NCBI GenBank assembly: GCA_951406725.2
Contig: OX597833.1
Coordinates: forward strand, 40,610,001-40,674,000
Length of the DNA stretch: 64,000 nt
Reading direction: 5' to 3'
DNA from: Octopus vulgaris
Lineage: Eukaryota
Shown here: one piece after another, positions 41,397-54,290 of the stretch
Layout of the letters: every line of letters begins with the position of its first letter
How positions within the stretch are numbered: position 1 is the first letter of the stretch
The notes under the pieces: generated by a model
Told to the model about the DNA's origin: nothing
Database searches by the model: none
What the model saw: only the letters and a program-made list of their open reading frames with translations
Translations under genes and position numbers: made by a program

Positions 41397-41658
41397 GTGG
41401 AGGCACATGGCCTAGTGGTTAGAGCAGCGGACTCGCGATCGAGGGATCGCGGGTTCGAATCTCAAACCGGGCGATGTGAGTGTTTATGCGCGAAACACCT
41501 AAGCTCCACGCGGCTCCGGCAGAAGGTAATGGCGAACTTCTGCAGACTCTTTCGCCACAACTTTCTCTCACGCTTTCCGTCCAGGTGGGGAACCTATACG
41601 CCAAGGAAACCGGGAAACCGGCCCTTATGAGCCAGGCATGGCTCCAGAAGGAACAAAC
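41397..41658 (+). mobile_element. SINE family C, single head, CpG-intact
   Basis: The head tggcctagtggttagagcagcggactcgcgatcgagggatcgcgggttcgaatc has A and B boxes, and the body matches 30060-30260. Confidence 0.85.
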
Positions 41659-41836
41659 GTACGACATCATGCGTTCAATCCAAAAATCCACGAAGTCATC
41701 TGCGTAAATCTCCGACAAGATCTGTGGTGTCAGCGGTCCGTTGGCCATGTGCCTGGCAAGAGAGGAGGTGGGTGCGTCAGTCGCTCGCCTTCAACTCTCT
41801 GTAACGTGTTTAACGTCCAAAACGGTTTTTATAGGG

Positions 41837-42070
41837 GACGGGCGAGCTGGCAGAAACGTTAGCACGCCGGGCGAAATGCTTAGCGGTATTTCGTCTGCCG
41901 CTACGTTCTGAGTTCAAATTCCGCCGAGGTTACTTTGCCTTTCATCCTTTCGGGGTCGATTAAATAAGTACCAGTTACGCACTGGGGTCGATACAATCGA
42001 CTTAATCCGTTTGTCTGTACTTGTTTGTCCCCTCTATGTTTAGCCCCTGTGGGCAATAAAGAAATGAGAA
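41837..42070 (+). mobile_element. SINE family B, full-length CpG-intact copy
   Basis: ggcgagctggcagaaacgttagcacgccgggcgaaatg...gagttcaaattcc...gggcaataaagaaat. Confidence 0.88.
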
Positions 42071-43189
42071 GTCAAATTGTAAAACATTCGAGAAAACCAC
42101 CAGCTTCACGCTGATTGGTCGATTTATAATCCAGTTAAGTGAAACCGTGGTGGTTCACACATGGTGTCTGACCAAGTATCTAGCGGTTAGGTTTCGAATC
42201 CTTGCTACAAGCGTTTTGCAGCGGCAGTGGAATTGCTAGAAATAGATTTCTGCTTTTTTGAGGGCCATCGGGTAAAACAAACAGAATGCTATTTTAAACT
42301 AATACTACTTCCGTCGCTAATAACGAATTTTTTTATCCGGCCTGCCGGCTATTTGCAATACTGGTGTGTTTTTTATACATCAGTTGAAGTTGCATTTGTC
42401 AACTCACGCGATTGCAAGTAAATACTTGCAACTGATAACGCTCAAAGAAGCAGAAATATGGATTTAGTAATTCCACTGCTGTTGACGAACGCTTTTCATC
42501 TGCTACTCTCTTTACTCTTTTACTTGTTTCAGTCATTTGACTGCGGCCATGCTGGAGCACCACCTTTTAGTCGAGCAAATCGACCCCCAGGACTTATTCT
42601 TTGTAAGCCTAGTACTTATTCTATCGGTCTCTTTTGTCGAACCGCTAAGTAACGGGGACGTAAACATACCAGCATCGGTTGTCAAGCGATGTTGGGGGGA
42701 CAAACACAGACACACATATACATATATACGACAGGCTTCTTTCAGTTTCCGTCTACCAAATCCACTCACAAGGCTTTGGTCTTCCCGAGGCTATAGTAGA
42801 AGACACTTGCCCAAGGTGCCACGCAGTGAGACTGAACCCGGAACCGTGTGGTTGGTAAGCAAGCTACTTACCACACAGCCGTGTTCTTTTAATATTATAC
42901 ATCCATACGAAATGCTTCCTCGAGACGAATACCGCAAGATTTCCACATTAAGTAAGATATATAGAAGACTATTTTAAACTAATACTGCTTCGATTGCTTA
43001 TAACGAACTAACTTTTATAGTTTGGAGTACTCTACGCTTGAAACCGAGAGCTGGCTGGCGTACATATCTATGTCTCCTTACAAATCAATGAATTTGTAAA
43101 ATTAAAGATTGCCATTTTTTCCAGCACAGTCGTGATCCCACTATAGCTTCTTATACATTTATGATTGGACCCTGGTACTGAAAATATGA

Positions 43190-43439
43190 TGGTACTACTT
43201 AAGAAGAGTGGTCCGGGTGCCCGCATTCGCGTACTCGCGTATCAGCGCTAGCTAGTCGTGACTAGTCGATCCTACAACGACTACCTAGCAAAGTAAATAA
43301 AACACAAAATAAATAATTTTTTTACACAAAGTAAATAATTTTTAAAAACAAAGTAGGGATCGACTAGTCACGACTAGCTAGCGCTGATGCGCGAGTACGC
43401 GAGTGCGCGCACCGGGACCACTCTTCTTAAGAAGTACCA
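43190..43439. mobile_element. GC-rich fold-back element/MITE (~95-bp arms, AT-rich spacer)
   Basis: tggtactacttaagaagagtggtcc...gactagtcgatcctac / gtagggatcgactagtc...ggaccactcttcttaagaagtacca. Confidence 0.85.
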
Positions 43440-44443
43440 AAAATGGTTCCCACACCATCACTATCTATTAACCATACACGGTGGATTGTCAAAGTTACGA
43501 GTATTGGAATACGAGAGGCGTTTAGTAACAGATTGTCTTAAGCGCCAACCCGGCCATTTTCGAGTTTAGTATATCATTTTCTTTGTCTCAACGTCTAGAA
43601 TCCGAAAAAGTTGGGAGGAAGAACCGGTGAGGCTTGCAATAAGGTCGAAAATCCAGCTGAAAAAAAAAAGTACCTCGACGTTATTGACAGGATGCCCGCT
43701 CACCCAAACTCGGACCAGAGAGTTTAGTAACACGCCATCGTAAGCACACCCTCAATCAATAACTTTGGTGTGGTCCCTGTATCGTTTTTCGAGGTGTTAT
43801 GGCTCATTTTTTAATTTTCCTCGTTACCGTCGTAACAAGGAATATGCTATTAACAATAATGGGCTATTATCTTAATCTCTTGTCTTACTTACCTCTTAAA
43901 GTTACTTACCTCTTAAAGTTACTTACCTTCGTATATTAAAACACAAACAATACCTTTGGTGGGGGAGGGTCTTTGTATGTTTTTTTCTAGGTATTATGGC
44001 TAAAATATGCAATGCGATACACCGTTTGGTAGTACCGGTATATTCTACAAAATGAGAAAAACGCAGTCATTGATTCATCTTTCAGTTGTTTACATAAATA
44101 AATAATTTTACATAGATGGAATAGAGGAAGTCTTCACGGTCATATCACGTCGATGACGTAGTCTGCATATGCTGAAACGGTCTTCATGCATACTAATTCG
44201 ATCGGGATTGAATCTCTCGTCCCCCTACCTGCCGCGGTAGTGGTTTAATCCGTTGTCTGTCCTCGTTTGTCTTCTCTATGTTTAGCCCCTTGTGGGCAAT
44301 AAAGAAATAAGAAACAGCCAAGTTTCTGAAAACGAGACCGAAATCAACTGCACTTAGGGCAGCTGCTTATTGGTGGTGGTCGACTCTATTGAAAGCTTTA
44401 ACTTAATTTAAATTAAAGCCTCACCAAAATCAGTTTTATTACA

Positions 44444-44513
<70 letters not shown>

Positions 44514-44999
44514 GATGTAGCGCAAGAGGTGGAGACTGTCCTGAAAAGATCTGCAGGGAATTGCACCGGTCTGTGCCGTAACGACAACACTATTAGCGTG
44601 AAGTGTCAGCTTGTCTGTGAGCTCCCTGACCCAAATCTTACACTTTGCATTTAGGAGAGTTATACACCCGAGACTATCATTGATACTCCGCTCACCATTT
44701 TTTGTATTTTTCCTCAGTAGCACTACCACTCTTCGACTCACACAGCAGGGAATGCACACAGTCTGTTGCCAATTGTAAAAGACGTCCACTGTTGTTAAGA
44801 CTTGTATGTAAACACAGAGCTTGTTGTGCAGATCCGAAAACTGGTAATCTTCTCACACAGACACTCATTGGCTTCTTCATTTAAACTGTCGTTATCGGCT
44901 TTTCATAGAACTTCCAATAAAAATAAACCTTTCTACTATAGGCACAAGGTCAGGGATTTTGTCCGGCGGGCTAACGATGGTGCCAACTTGTCACCTTTC

Positions 45000-45047
<48 letters not shown>

Positions 45048-45926
45048 CCTTTTTACTATAAGCACAAGGCCTGAAATTTGGGGGCGGGGTTAAGTCGATT
45101 ACATCGACCCCAGTACTTGACTGGAACTTACTTTGTCAACCTCAATAGGGTGAAAGGCGAAATCGACCTCGGCAGAATTTGAACTCAGAACGTAGCGGCA
45201 GACGAAATACCTATTTCTTTACAACCCACAAGAGGCCAAGCACAGAAGGGACAAACAAGGACAGACAAACGGGTTAAGTCGATTACACCGACCCCAGTGC
45301 GTAACTGGTACTTAATCTATCGACCCCGAAAGGATGAAATGCAAAGTCGACCTCGGCGGAATTTGAACTCAGAACGTAGCGACAGACGAAATACCACTAA
45401 GCATTTCGCCCGGCGTGCTAACGATTCTGCCAGCTCGCTGCCTTAATAATAGAAATAATGGTTTCAAATTTTGGCACAAAGCCAACAATTCCAGGGAGGA
45501 GCTAAGTCGATTACCTCGACTCCAGTACTAAACTGGTACTTATTTCATTGACCACGAAAGGACGAAAGCAAAGTCGACCTCGGATGTAATACCGCTAAGC
45601 ATTTCGTCCGGCGTGCTAACGATTCTACCAACTCCGTCGCCTTAATAATAATAATATAAAAAATACGACACAAAGTTGAAAGACGGAAAATGGGATAGAA
45701 AATTATATTCAATAAAAACAATAAAATTTCACATTGACCATATTAGGCCTCCGAGACAATGATTTGACTTAGTAGTCAGGTAAGTGGATCCTATCTGTCG
45801 GAAGTCAACAAATCTAACTTGAGGATTCAATCGTTCAACCATACTAATCAGTAATATGAAGATAGCTTGTTTAATCGCACGCGGATACATACATACATAC
45901 ATACATACATACATACATACATACAT

Positions 45927-46012
<86 letters not shown>

Positions 46013-46029
46013 TTGATTCGCTAGCCTCT

Positions 46030-46214
46030 GCACGCATTTTTTCTCTCTCCTTGTTTCTTTCTGTGTTTCTTTTCTGTGTATCTTTCTGTTGAAGAGCGTA
46101 GGCTCGAAACGTAAAAGACTTGTTTTATTTATATTCCTGAGCGCCATACTAATACAATTGTTTGTTTGTATTCTACCTGCCTTCGTCTTTTGTTTATTTT
46201 CATAAGGCTTCCCG

Positions 46215-46216
<2 letters not shown>
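46030..46216 (+). mobile_element. Short (TA)n-embedded element with a minimal hammerhead-like motif (Penelope-terminus-like); second copy at 34680-34840
   Basis: tcttt-CTGTTGAA-gagc gtag gctc-GAAAC-GTA-aaaga at 46081-46118. The homologous copy shares ttcctgagcg..atactaataca..tgtttgttt. Confidence 0.6.
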
Positions 46217-46300
<84 letters not shown>

Positions 46301-46868
46301 TATTATCGGTTTCCATGCTGAGGCACTACCATTAGTGCTAATGTTAGCGTACACTTCCTGGTCCTGTCTCCATCATCAGGCCTGGTGAAGTAGTGAGTCG
46401 GACATAGCTACATCCTTTACGACTTGCCGTGTCGTGGGTTTATCTAATAAATCATATTAAAAACTTGAGTAATTGTTCTTTGAACAAATCCACATGTACA
46501 CCTTGCAGATTTCTGAGGCTTTTTGATAAGGCATATATATATATATATATAAAATTAATAATTATATATATATAGGTCGCCTTGACCTTCGAAACGTGGA
46601 GTAGATGAAACAAAGGCGACTGAAGAAGGGGAATTTTCCTTGTTTTGTATGTCCTGTACTCTATTTTTTCGTTGTTTAAGAAAAATGTCCATTTCCTTGG
46701 TTTTGTGTTTATGTTTTCGTTTCTCATTGTGTTCAACGTTTTTTTGGTGTCCTGTACCCATACATGCATGTATATATACATGTAGAGGTAGGTGCGTACA
46801 TATATGTATGTATATATGCATATGTTTTATTTATTTATTAATTATATATATATATATATATATATATT

Positions 46869-47434
46869 ATTTTTCATTCCTTTCGAGAGTTTATCCCTAA
46901 TTAGTGGTTTGGACTGTTCTTTCTAGCGTAAAGGATTCCTATGATGGAAACGTCTTAATATGTTTAAATGTACACTGTATTTTATATGAATAATATATAG
47001 TCTATTGACTAATTTTTCTATACGCTAGGCCACTGGTAGTAAACAATTTTTAAATCTTTATTACCCTGGTATTATTAATTATGTATAATGATTTCTGGTA
47101 GATTCGTGCAACAAAAAAGACTGCGCTTGTGCAGTGGATTTGAAAAAAATTAAAATGTATAAGCAATGAGACACATGCTGGATTGGTCTTGTTGTTTATA
47201 TATTTAATCAATGGCGTCCCTATTGATGAAGACTTCGCCTGATAAATTATTTTTATTTACTAAAATAGGTCAGAAACCATGGTCCAGGAAAGAGATGGTA
47301 AATGTTTTAATTTTTCATTCCCTTCGAGAATTTATCCCTAATTAGTGGTTTGAATTTTAGCTGTTCTTTCTAGCGTAACGGATTCCTATGATGAAAACCT
47401 CTTAATGTGTTTAAATGTACACTGTATTTTATAT
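46869..47434 (+). mobile_element. (TA)n-embedded 441-bp unit plus partial tandem duplication (pseudo-LTR/retrozyme-like)
   Basis: ttttcattcc...tgtttaaatgtacactgtatttt starts at 46871 and 47312. Segment 46960-47067 is the reverse-complement homolog of 12460-12556. Confidence 0.6.
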
Positions 47435-47519
47435 ATATGTAACGGTTAGTTCTTCGTTGCAGTCGAGGGGTCACCAATTGTAACCGTTGGTTCTTCGTTA
47501 AAGACGAGGGTCCCCAATT

Positions 47520-50500
47520 GTAACGGTTGTTGTTAAGGTGTTGGTTGCCAGTATGCAAGATGGAAGAAGAACAGTGATCGAAGTTTTAAAGAAATATTTA
47601 TTTATCGTTACTTTATATAATGCCTTGCCCCAACGGGCAGGTGAAAAATTCGTAAAGCATGCGAAGTAAAGATAGATGTCGTAGATTTTCCTTATATAGT
47701 TTGTGTTTGTGTTCTCGTCATTGTGTCGTAGTAAACTACAGATAGAAATGGAGTAAAGTTCTAGAGAAAAGAAAGTGAGTTAGTGAGTGAGAGAGTCGAG
47801 GGAAATTGTCTCGCATAGTCGCTGATTGTAACTATCTTTTTCCCTCTGGCCGTTTGGTCTCAAGTGGCTGCCTGCTTGTGGCCATGACTCTAGTTGTCCG
47901 TTTACATTAATTGTTGCTCTCACTGACTTTGGCTTACGGAGTTATTGTTTGTATTGCTATCCAAAACCAGTCAGAAGGATAGACATATTGTTGAGAACAA
48001 TAGATTCCATTGGCGGTCTGTTATCTCTATTCTGGCTTTTGGTGGTCTAGATGAAGTTAGAAGAGTCAAGTGGCAAAGACGTAATTCTGTTTAGTGAAGG
48101 CATCTGGCAAATGTAATTGCTGTCACTCACAGAAAACTATTGTTTTACTGTGAGAAAAGTGTTGTTGAACTGTAAAGTGAAACTTGGCTATCGAAGATCG
48201 AATCCACGCCATGCCTGTATGAAGTCACTACATCACTCCTCTTCCAGAGAGGTTCCGAGAAATGGAAACGAACATCGAGGAAGAGAAAGAAATGCATGGC
48301 TGAGGAAATGTTTTGCATATCAGGAGAGGATCATTAAAGTGTATACGGGACAATTTTCTATTCGGATAAGTCCGAATATCAGTGTCGCTTTGCTTGCCAA
48401 AATGTGCAGTCGGTAACTGGGTAGCACAGAAAATGATTTCGGGCATGAGGACGTATACACGTGTGCAGGTGCACGTATCAAAATTCACTGTAAAATGAGC
48501 TCAGGTGGGCGAGTGAATGTATTCTCAATCCATTATATGGTAGATCTTTCTGCGGGGTTGCAGTGTGTGAAATGCCTTGAAGCTTTTTCAGAAGTGAAAT
48601 GTGTCTGGCGCTGTTGTCGTAGGTAATTGCTGAGGTTAGCATGCTGGAGTGATGCGCAGGTCAGGTAATTTTCTCCGTTTATTACGCGACCAAACAAGGG
48701 TCTAACAGAGGGAAATTATGTCTAAACATGAGCGCAGAGCATGTGAACATCCAACGTGCATGGAGTCGGGAAAAGAGTTGAGCTGATACAGACGTGTTGA
48801 AAAGCAAAGTAGTAGAGGCATAATAGAGGTGATCGCGCGCACTTGCAAATGCGTGCGCAAGGCTGAGGCAGTAATGCTAGTGCATTGATTTCAAATACAT
48901 TGTACAAGTGTTGAATATGCCAGTGATTAAAGCAGTGCTGGATATGCTAGCTGATGCATGAGGTATTAAATGCCTTGAATGTGCAGAGGCAAAAGTGTGA
49001 CATGCTGGCGCGTTGTAAGGGACACACAACTTTCTCTATGTATACGTAACCGACCTAGGGTCTTACAGAGGCGAGTTGTGTCTACAAGGGCGCAGGAAGC
49101 ATGAAAAACAAGCGAAAAAGGCAAGGTGTGGTGCACGAATGTGACAGTGTCAACATGTATGTGTGCATGAACAATACAAACATTTCCAAAATGAACGAAA
49201 AAAATACATGCAAAATGCAACGTGCGACAATGTGACCGAAAGAAAGTGAAAGTGCAAAATATGAATAATAATATAGAACATTCAAAAAGATATGCACATG
49301 AATTTAGTTGTTTTAGTGAAACGAGTCGTCGCGGAATTTGTGCATCGCGGAATATGTGCATCGCAGTATATGTGCATCGCGGAATATGTGCATCGCGGAA
49401 TATGTACATCGCAGTATATGTGCATCGCGGAATATGTGCATCGCGGAATATGTGCATCGCGGAATATGTGCATCGCGGAATATGTGTGCATTGCAGAATG
49501 TGTGAAAATCGTAAATAAATGAAAGTGTGCAGTGCAAACAGAAGAGAATAAAATAGACAAAATGACCGACTTAGCTGAAAATAGTGCCCTCTCTTAAAAG
49601 TCTATTGCTGAAAGTGAAAAAAAATGTGCATACAAAGAAAGAGAGTTGTTGAGAGTCTATATGAGAATCTTAGATACGTGCTAAAGTTCGTTGACAATGC
49701 AGGATCTGTATGTTGGGACAAGACGTAAAGCGTGAGTGTGCCCAAAAGGTTGCATGTGCGGGCTTCCGTATTTTCTTCCAGTTAGTTTCTGTGGCTGTCG
49801 AAATGATGCGTTTATTGGCTTCCATGGTGAGCGAATTCTTTGTGCGTCGGCAGGGTTGCATTGTAGTGAAGTGCACCGTAGATTGCATTGCAGCATAGGG
49901 CTTTCTGTTGCGCGTACTGTAACAAGTGGAACGAAGGTGCATTTTGGTGGTGACAAAGTTTAGCGACTGTTGATATGAAGACTAGTTCTTCAGTTCGAAG
50001 TCAGCAAAATGCAGCGGCATATAGCACTAGAAAGTAGTAGCAATTGTTTTTAGACGGGGTCACCAGTGTAATCGATGGATGTGACAACTGTTCATGCGAA
50101 GGTGAAGGTGATGGCGAAGGCTGCAATTCTTTAACTCGGGGTCACCAATTTGTAGTGGTAATGTTATAGAGAAAAGAAAGTGAAAGTAAGAGTGGTGGAA
50201 CGAAACAACTGCTTCGTTGGTGAGTTACCATAGTTGTCCCTTTGTGCCTTTTTCTTTAGAGACGGCGTTTTGTTCAGCCGGTCAGCCAGACTCGGTTCTG
50301 ATTTTTGCTTGGGAATCTTCTGCACATATAATTATCGCAAGATCGCGAGAAAGAGAGACATACCGTTATCCAAACAATGGGTATTTTGGGAGGTCTATTG
50401 TTCTGTCAATTTAACTCCCCATCGCATACACAAGTTTAGCAGGGGTCAAGTGGCAAATACATAATTCTGCTTAGCGGAGGCATCTGGCAAATGTAAATGC

Positions 50501-50622
50501 TGTCACTCACAAAAAAGAAAAAAAAAAACCTATTGTTTACCGTGAGAAAATCTTGTTGAACTGTTAAGTGAAATTTGGCGATCGAAGATCTAATCCACGC
50601 CATGCCTGCATGAAGCCACTAT
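47520..50622 (-). mobile_element. Non-coding (LARD/TRIM-like) LTR retroelement with tRNA-Trp PBS
   Basis: The two LTRs share ~170 bp (48063-48231 vs 50443-50622). On the minus strand, PPT ggaagaggagtga precedes TGTAGTG at 48231, and PBS TGGTGACCCCG follows the LTR end ...ACTACA at ~50137-50151. No gag/pol was recognised. Confidence 0.75.
49325..49500. repeat. 16-bp minisatellite (TGCATCGCGGAATATG), 9 clear units plus degenerate flanks
   Basis: Units run in register from 49341 to 49484, with the variant CAGTAT in units 2 and 5. Confidence 0.95.
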
Positions 50623-50627
50623 ATATA

Positions 50628-50711
<84 letters not shown>

Positions 50712-50713
50712 AA

Positions 50714-51111
50714 GGGAGTAAGGCAAAACGACCTGTCTCCTACATGCTCCAACTCCAAAAAGATAGAAGTTGTAGTCGGGCAAGTGAAAAATACTAAAAC
50801 AATGACTTCACGTTAATTGTGAATTGGGTCCAATTTCTGGATTAAAGCCATAAAAAATCCTTTTTTTCCTTCGTCAACTCAATACACGAGTATATGTATA
50901 CATGTATGTATATTCTCATGTATCGTGTTGATGAAGGAAAAACTCATTTTTGTGGCTTTAATCCAGAAATTGGACCCAATTCACAATTAACGTGATATCA
51001 TTTTTTTAGTATTTCTCACTCACCCACTACAACTTGTGCCTTTTTACAGTTATTCGGTTGTTTCCTTGGCATTTCAAGCATGTAGGAGACAGGTCGTTTC
51101 GCCCTGATCCC
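50714..51111. mobile_element. Kolobok-like fold-back MITE
   Basis: TTAA|GGGA...TCCC|TTAA. The arms are complementary along almost the whole length, e.g. cacgttaattgtgaattgggtccaatttctggattaaagcca and its reverse complement. Confidence 0.8.
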
Positions 51112-51151
51112 TTAATATAATTACACACACACACACACACGCACATATATA

Positions 51152-51706
51152 TGAGCAAAATGCCCCCCGTCCAATGGACGGTGCTGAGTTGTCAAACATT
51201 TAAACCAAATTTTCTCAAAACAACTTGTCCGACCGTCCCATAGGCCTTCCCTTTGAGAAACACTGATTTAACTTAAATTTGAGACACCAGCAAAAGAAGA
51301 AATAAAGATAAAATTTTTTTCTATTCCAATGAAAAACGATTTTATTCACACAAATATGCGACCGAAGAGTTTAAAGTACCAGTAATGATAAGGCTGTTGA
51401 CTGGGAGAACACAAACATGGTTTAAATAGTAAACTCGACAGGAAAGAAACGTGCCTTTAAGCAGTACAAAAACAACAAATAATGGAAAGTGCAGTTATGT
51501 ACAGGTTGACGGAACAAAAGCAGGACAAAAACGGCTTTATCGATCGCAGTCTCACCTGGAATCGATTTTCGTAATTTTTTCAAGACTTATACACGCCCTG
51601 ATACCGTCGGTATCTACATATCAAATTTGAGCGCAATCGGATGGAGGATGCCCGAGATCCGGAAGACACACAGACAGACAGATAGACAGAACGGATTTTA
51701 TATAAG

Positions 51707-51707
<1 letters not shown>
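51152..51707 (-). mobile_element. Non-autonomous Helitron-like element
   Basis: The minus strand starts A|TCTTATATAAAATCC with (CTGT)n and ends with the hairpin CCGTCC-ATT-GGACGG 11 nt before CTCA|T. No TSD. Confidence 0.6.
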
Positions 51708-51760
<53 letters not shown>

Positions 51761-51876
51761 TTATATAGTTATTAATTTAATATATAAATTATCTATAAAT
51801 TTTTATTTCATGCTGACTACTTGATATAATCATTAATGTGATTTTATCCTTCTATTCTGTTATGAATAAATAAAAT

Positions 51877-51943
<67 letters not shown>

Positions 51944-54032
51944 ATATATATATATGTTTATATATGTATATGTTGATATATAGTGAACAAATGAGATCCA
52001 GAGATTCTCGGTATAGAAGATACTTAATAGCGCTCGAATGATTAGAACTTAGACTCCAACGTCTTTACGGGGTAAAGAGTGGCTATAAGAGGAATTAAGG
52101 TGAGCAGATATATATATCATAGCATAGCTTTTTCGCGTCTTCTCTCCTCAGCAGCTCATCTATTACACCGAGGTAATCGTTTTGGTATTGTGGTGTTGGA
52201 GTGCCTCGAGTTCTGCTGTAAAATTGACGCTTTGTAGCGACCATATTTACGAGTGGTAATCCAGGCGACTGACTGAACACGAATGCTTTCTGTAGGAGCA
52301 ACATGGTTTCTTTTTCCTGAGATCAGAATGATTTCAGAATCCAACCAGCCCGCACATTGTTGCCATCTTAGTAATACGTACACGGAGTGATGCATCGCAA
52401 TTCATGTGAATTCCGAAGTCACGTACTGATTCTGACTCCGGGACTGCAATGTCCCTTGGTCCTGAGCATTTCTTCCCGCTCTTTACGTTTTGAGTTCAAA
52501 TGCTGCCGAGGCCGACTTTGCCAATCGTCCTTTCGAGATCGACCTACCTCACTCCTCCGAAATTTCTGGCCTTGTGCCAAAATTTGAAACTATTTTTACA
52601 AAGCCATATAACTTTGAAATATGTTAGAGATCCAATAATTTGAAAAGTTAGATATTCAGATACATAATTTACCATTGATAATCTCGGCATATATTCAATT
52701 GTAGAGAAAAGGAAAAGAAGAAGCCAATAATAGTAAAGAAGTAACTACGGTGGTGCATAGAATCATGGCTTTTTGCACGCCGTGACGCTTGCAAAGGCTT
52801 GACTGAGAATAGCGGAAGCAATAGGTCATGTTCCACTGTTCTGTCCCTTTAATAATTATCATGTCTCTTCGGCTGTGGACTTGTCTGTCGCTAGTTATTT
52901 GGGTGTTTACGTTGTAGATGTTATGATGTTTTTCAGTCTGCAGCTATACTTAACTTTTATATTACGCTTATTAAATTGCTTATGGTACATATAACCGGAT
53001 GTGTCAGCAAGCCAACATTGATAATATCCCCAAGTCAGTGATGTTCGGACACATAAAAACAAAGTCGTTATAGCCATATACATTCCATCTTTAACTCCAG
53101 CATAGTGTATCTATGACTACATCAACGAATGTAATCTTCCTTTTTAAGAGGGCGCGGAATGATTTGAAGATTTGGTTGTTGTTTCTAATGGGTTGGGCGA
53201 CCAGGTAGAGGCTCTCTCGTTATTCTCGTTGTTATTATCCCTAGATCAGAAAGAAATAATTACCAGATTATATTAAGTAATAATAAACGTGTTCATATAT
53301 TTGTTTCTTTCGTGCGCTTGTTGCAAACGTGTACGAATGAATACACTTATACAATTAGAGGAGTCCGTTTTGTTGCAATGGGAGGATAAACCTCATGAGT
53401 ACCTTCCCATTAGTCTCGTAGCCCTGCAAAAACTGGCGGTTGCAATCCTTCCTCCCTTGATTAAACTATTAAAACAAACTTCAGAAGAAAAACCAGATGG
53501 CTATGAACGATCTCCTGGTGGAGAATTTTTAATTTGTTATTGAAATAAGGAGGAAATGACACGTGAATATTTAATGAATCTGTTGATTGGCAGATTAAAT
53601 ATATTGCCGCTGAATCACTATTGCATCTATTGATCAGTTCACAACTACTATATACGAACTTTATTGGTTTGGTGTTGTTTAGGTGGTAGTGGTGGTGATG
53701 ACATAGATTTATTGTCATCGATTGTTTAACCCGACCATGACTATAAACTTACTTTATCGATCATTTTTGCTGTTGTTGTTTAGGTAGTAGTAGTGGGTGG
53801 TGTATAATTGCTGGTAGTTGTGCAAAGTGCTGTTGATGTAAAGTGATGATAATAGTAGTGATGGTGGTAGTGGTGGTGGTGATGGTATACCGCTTATTTT
53901 ATTGTTGCTGAAAGATTGAAAGTTGCCCCCAGCGAGACAAAAGGGTACTTAAAGAAGCGGAGGACACAGGGAGGACCTACTAAAGAGCTGGATATACGAC
54001 TGACAAACTTAGGTTTGAAGTATAAGAAACAT

Positions 54033-54290
54033 GTGAAGGCGCGTGGCGTAGTGGTTAGGACGTTGCATTTGCGATCGTAGTTTGATTCCCGGACCGGTCA
54101 GTGTGTTGTGTTCTTAAGCAAAACACTTCATTTCACGTTGTTCCAGCCTAATCACCTGTAAATGAGTTCCAGAAGCGCTGGAAAGTTGACCCTGCAATGA
54201 ACCAGCGACCCATTCGGAGGATCGGGACGATGGGGATGGTATCAGTCACTTCGATTTCCATAGCATATAAATCGAATTAACCTTGTGTCC
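54033..54290 (+). mobile_element. tRNA-derived SINE (family C-related head, different body); related copies at 1770-2045 and 7578-7808(-)
   Basis: gcgtggcgtagtggttagg...gtttgattcc...tgtgttctt(a/g)agcaa..cacttcatttcacgttg. Confidence 0.65.

Noticed and set aside
46575-46640. Permuted hammerhead-like motif (ccttc-GAAAC-GTG ... act-GAAGAAGG)
   Set aside because: The triplet is GUG, helix I is only 3 bp, and there is one copy, which is too weak to call.
49325-49500. CRISPR-like repeat
   Set aside because: These are contiguous 16-bp units with no spacers, in eukaryotic DNA with no cas genes.
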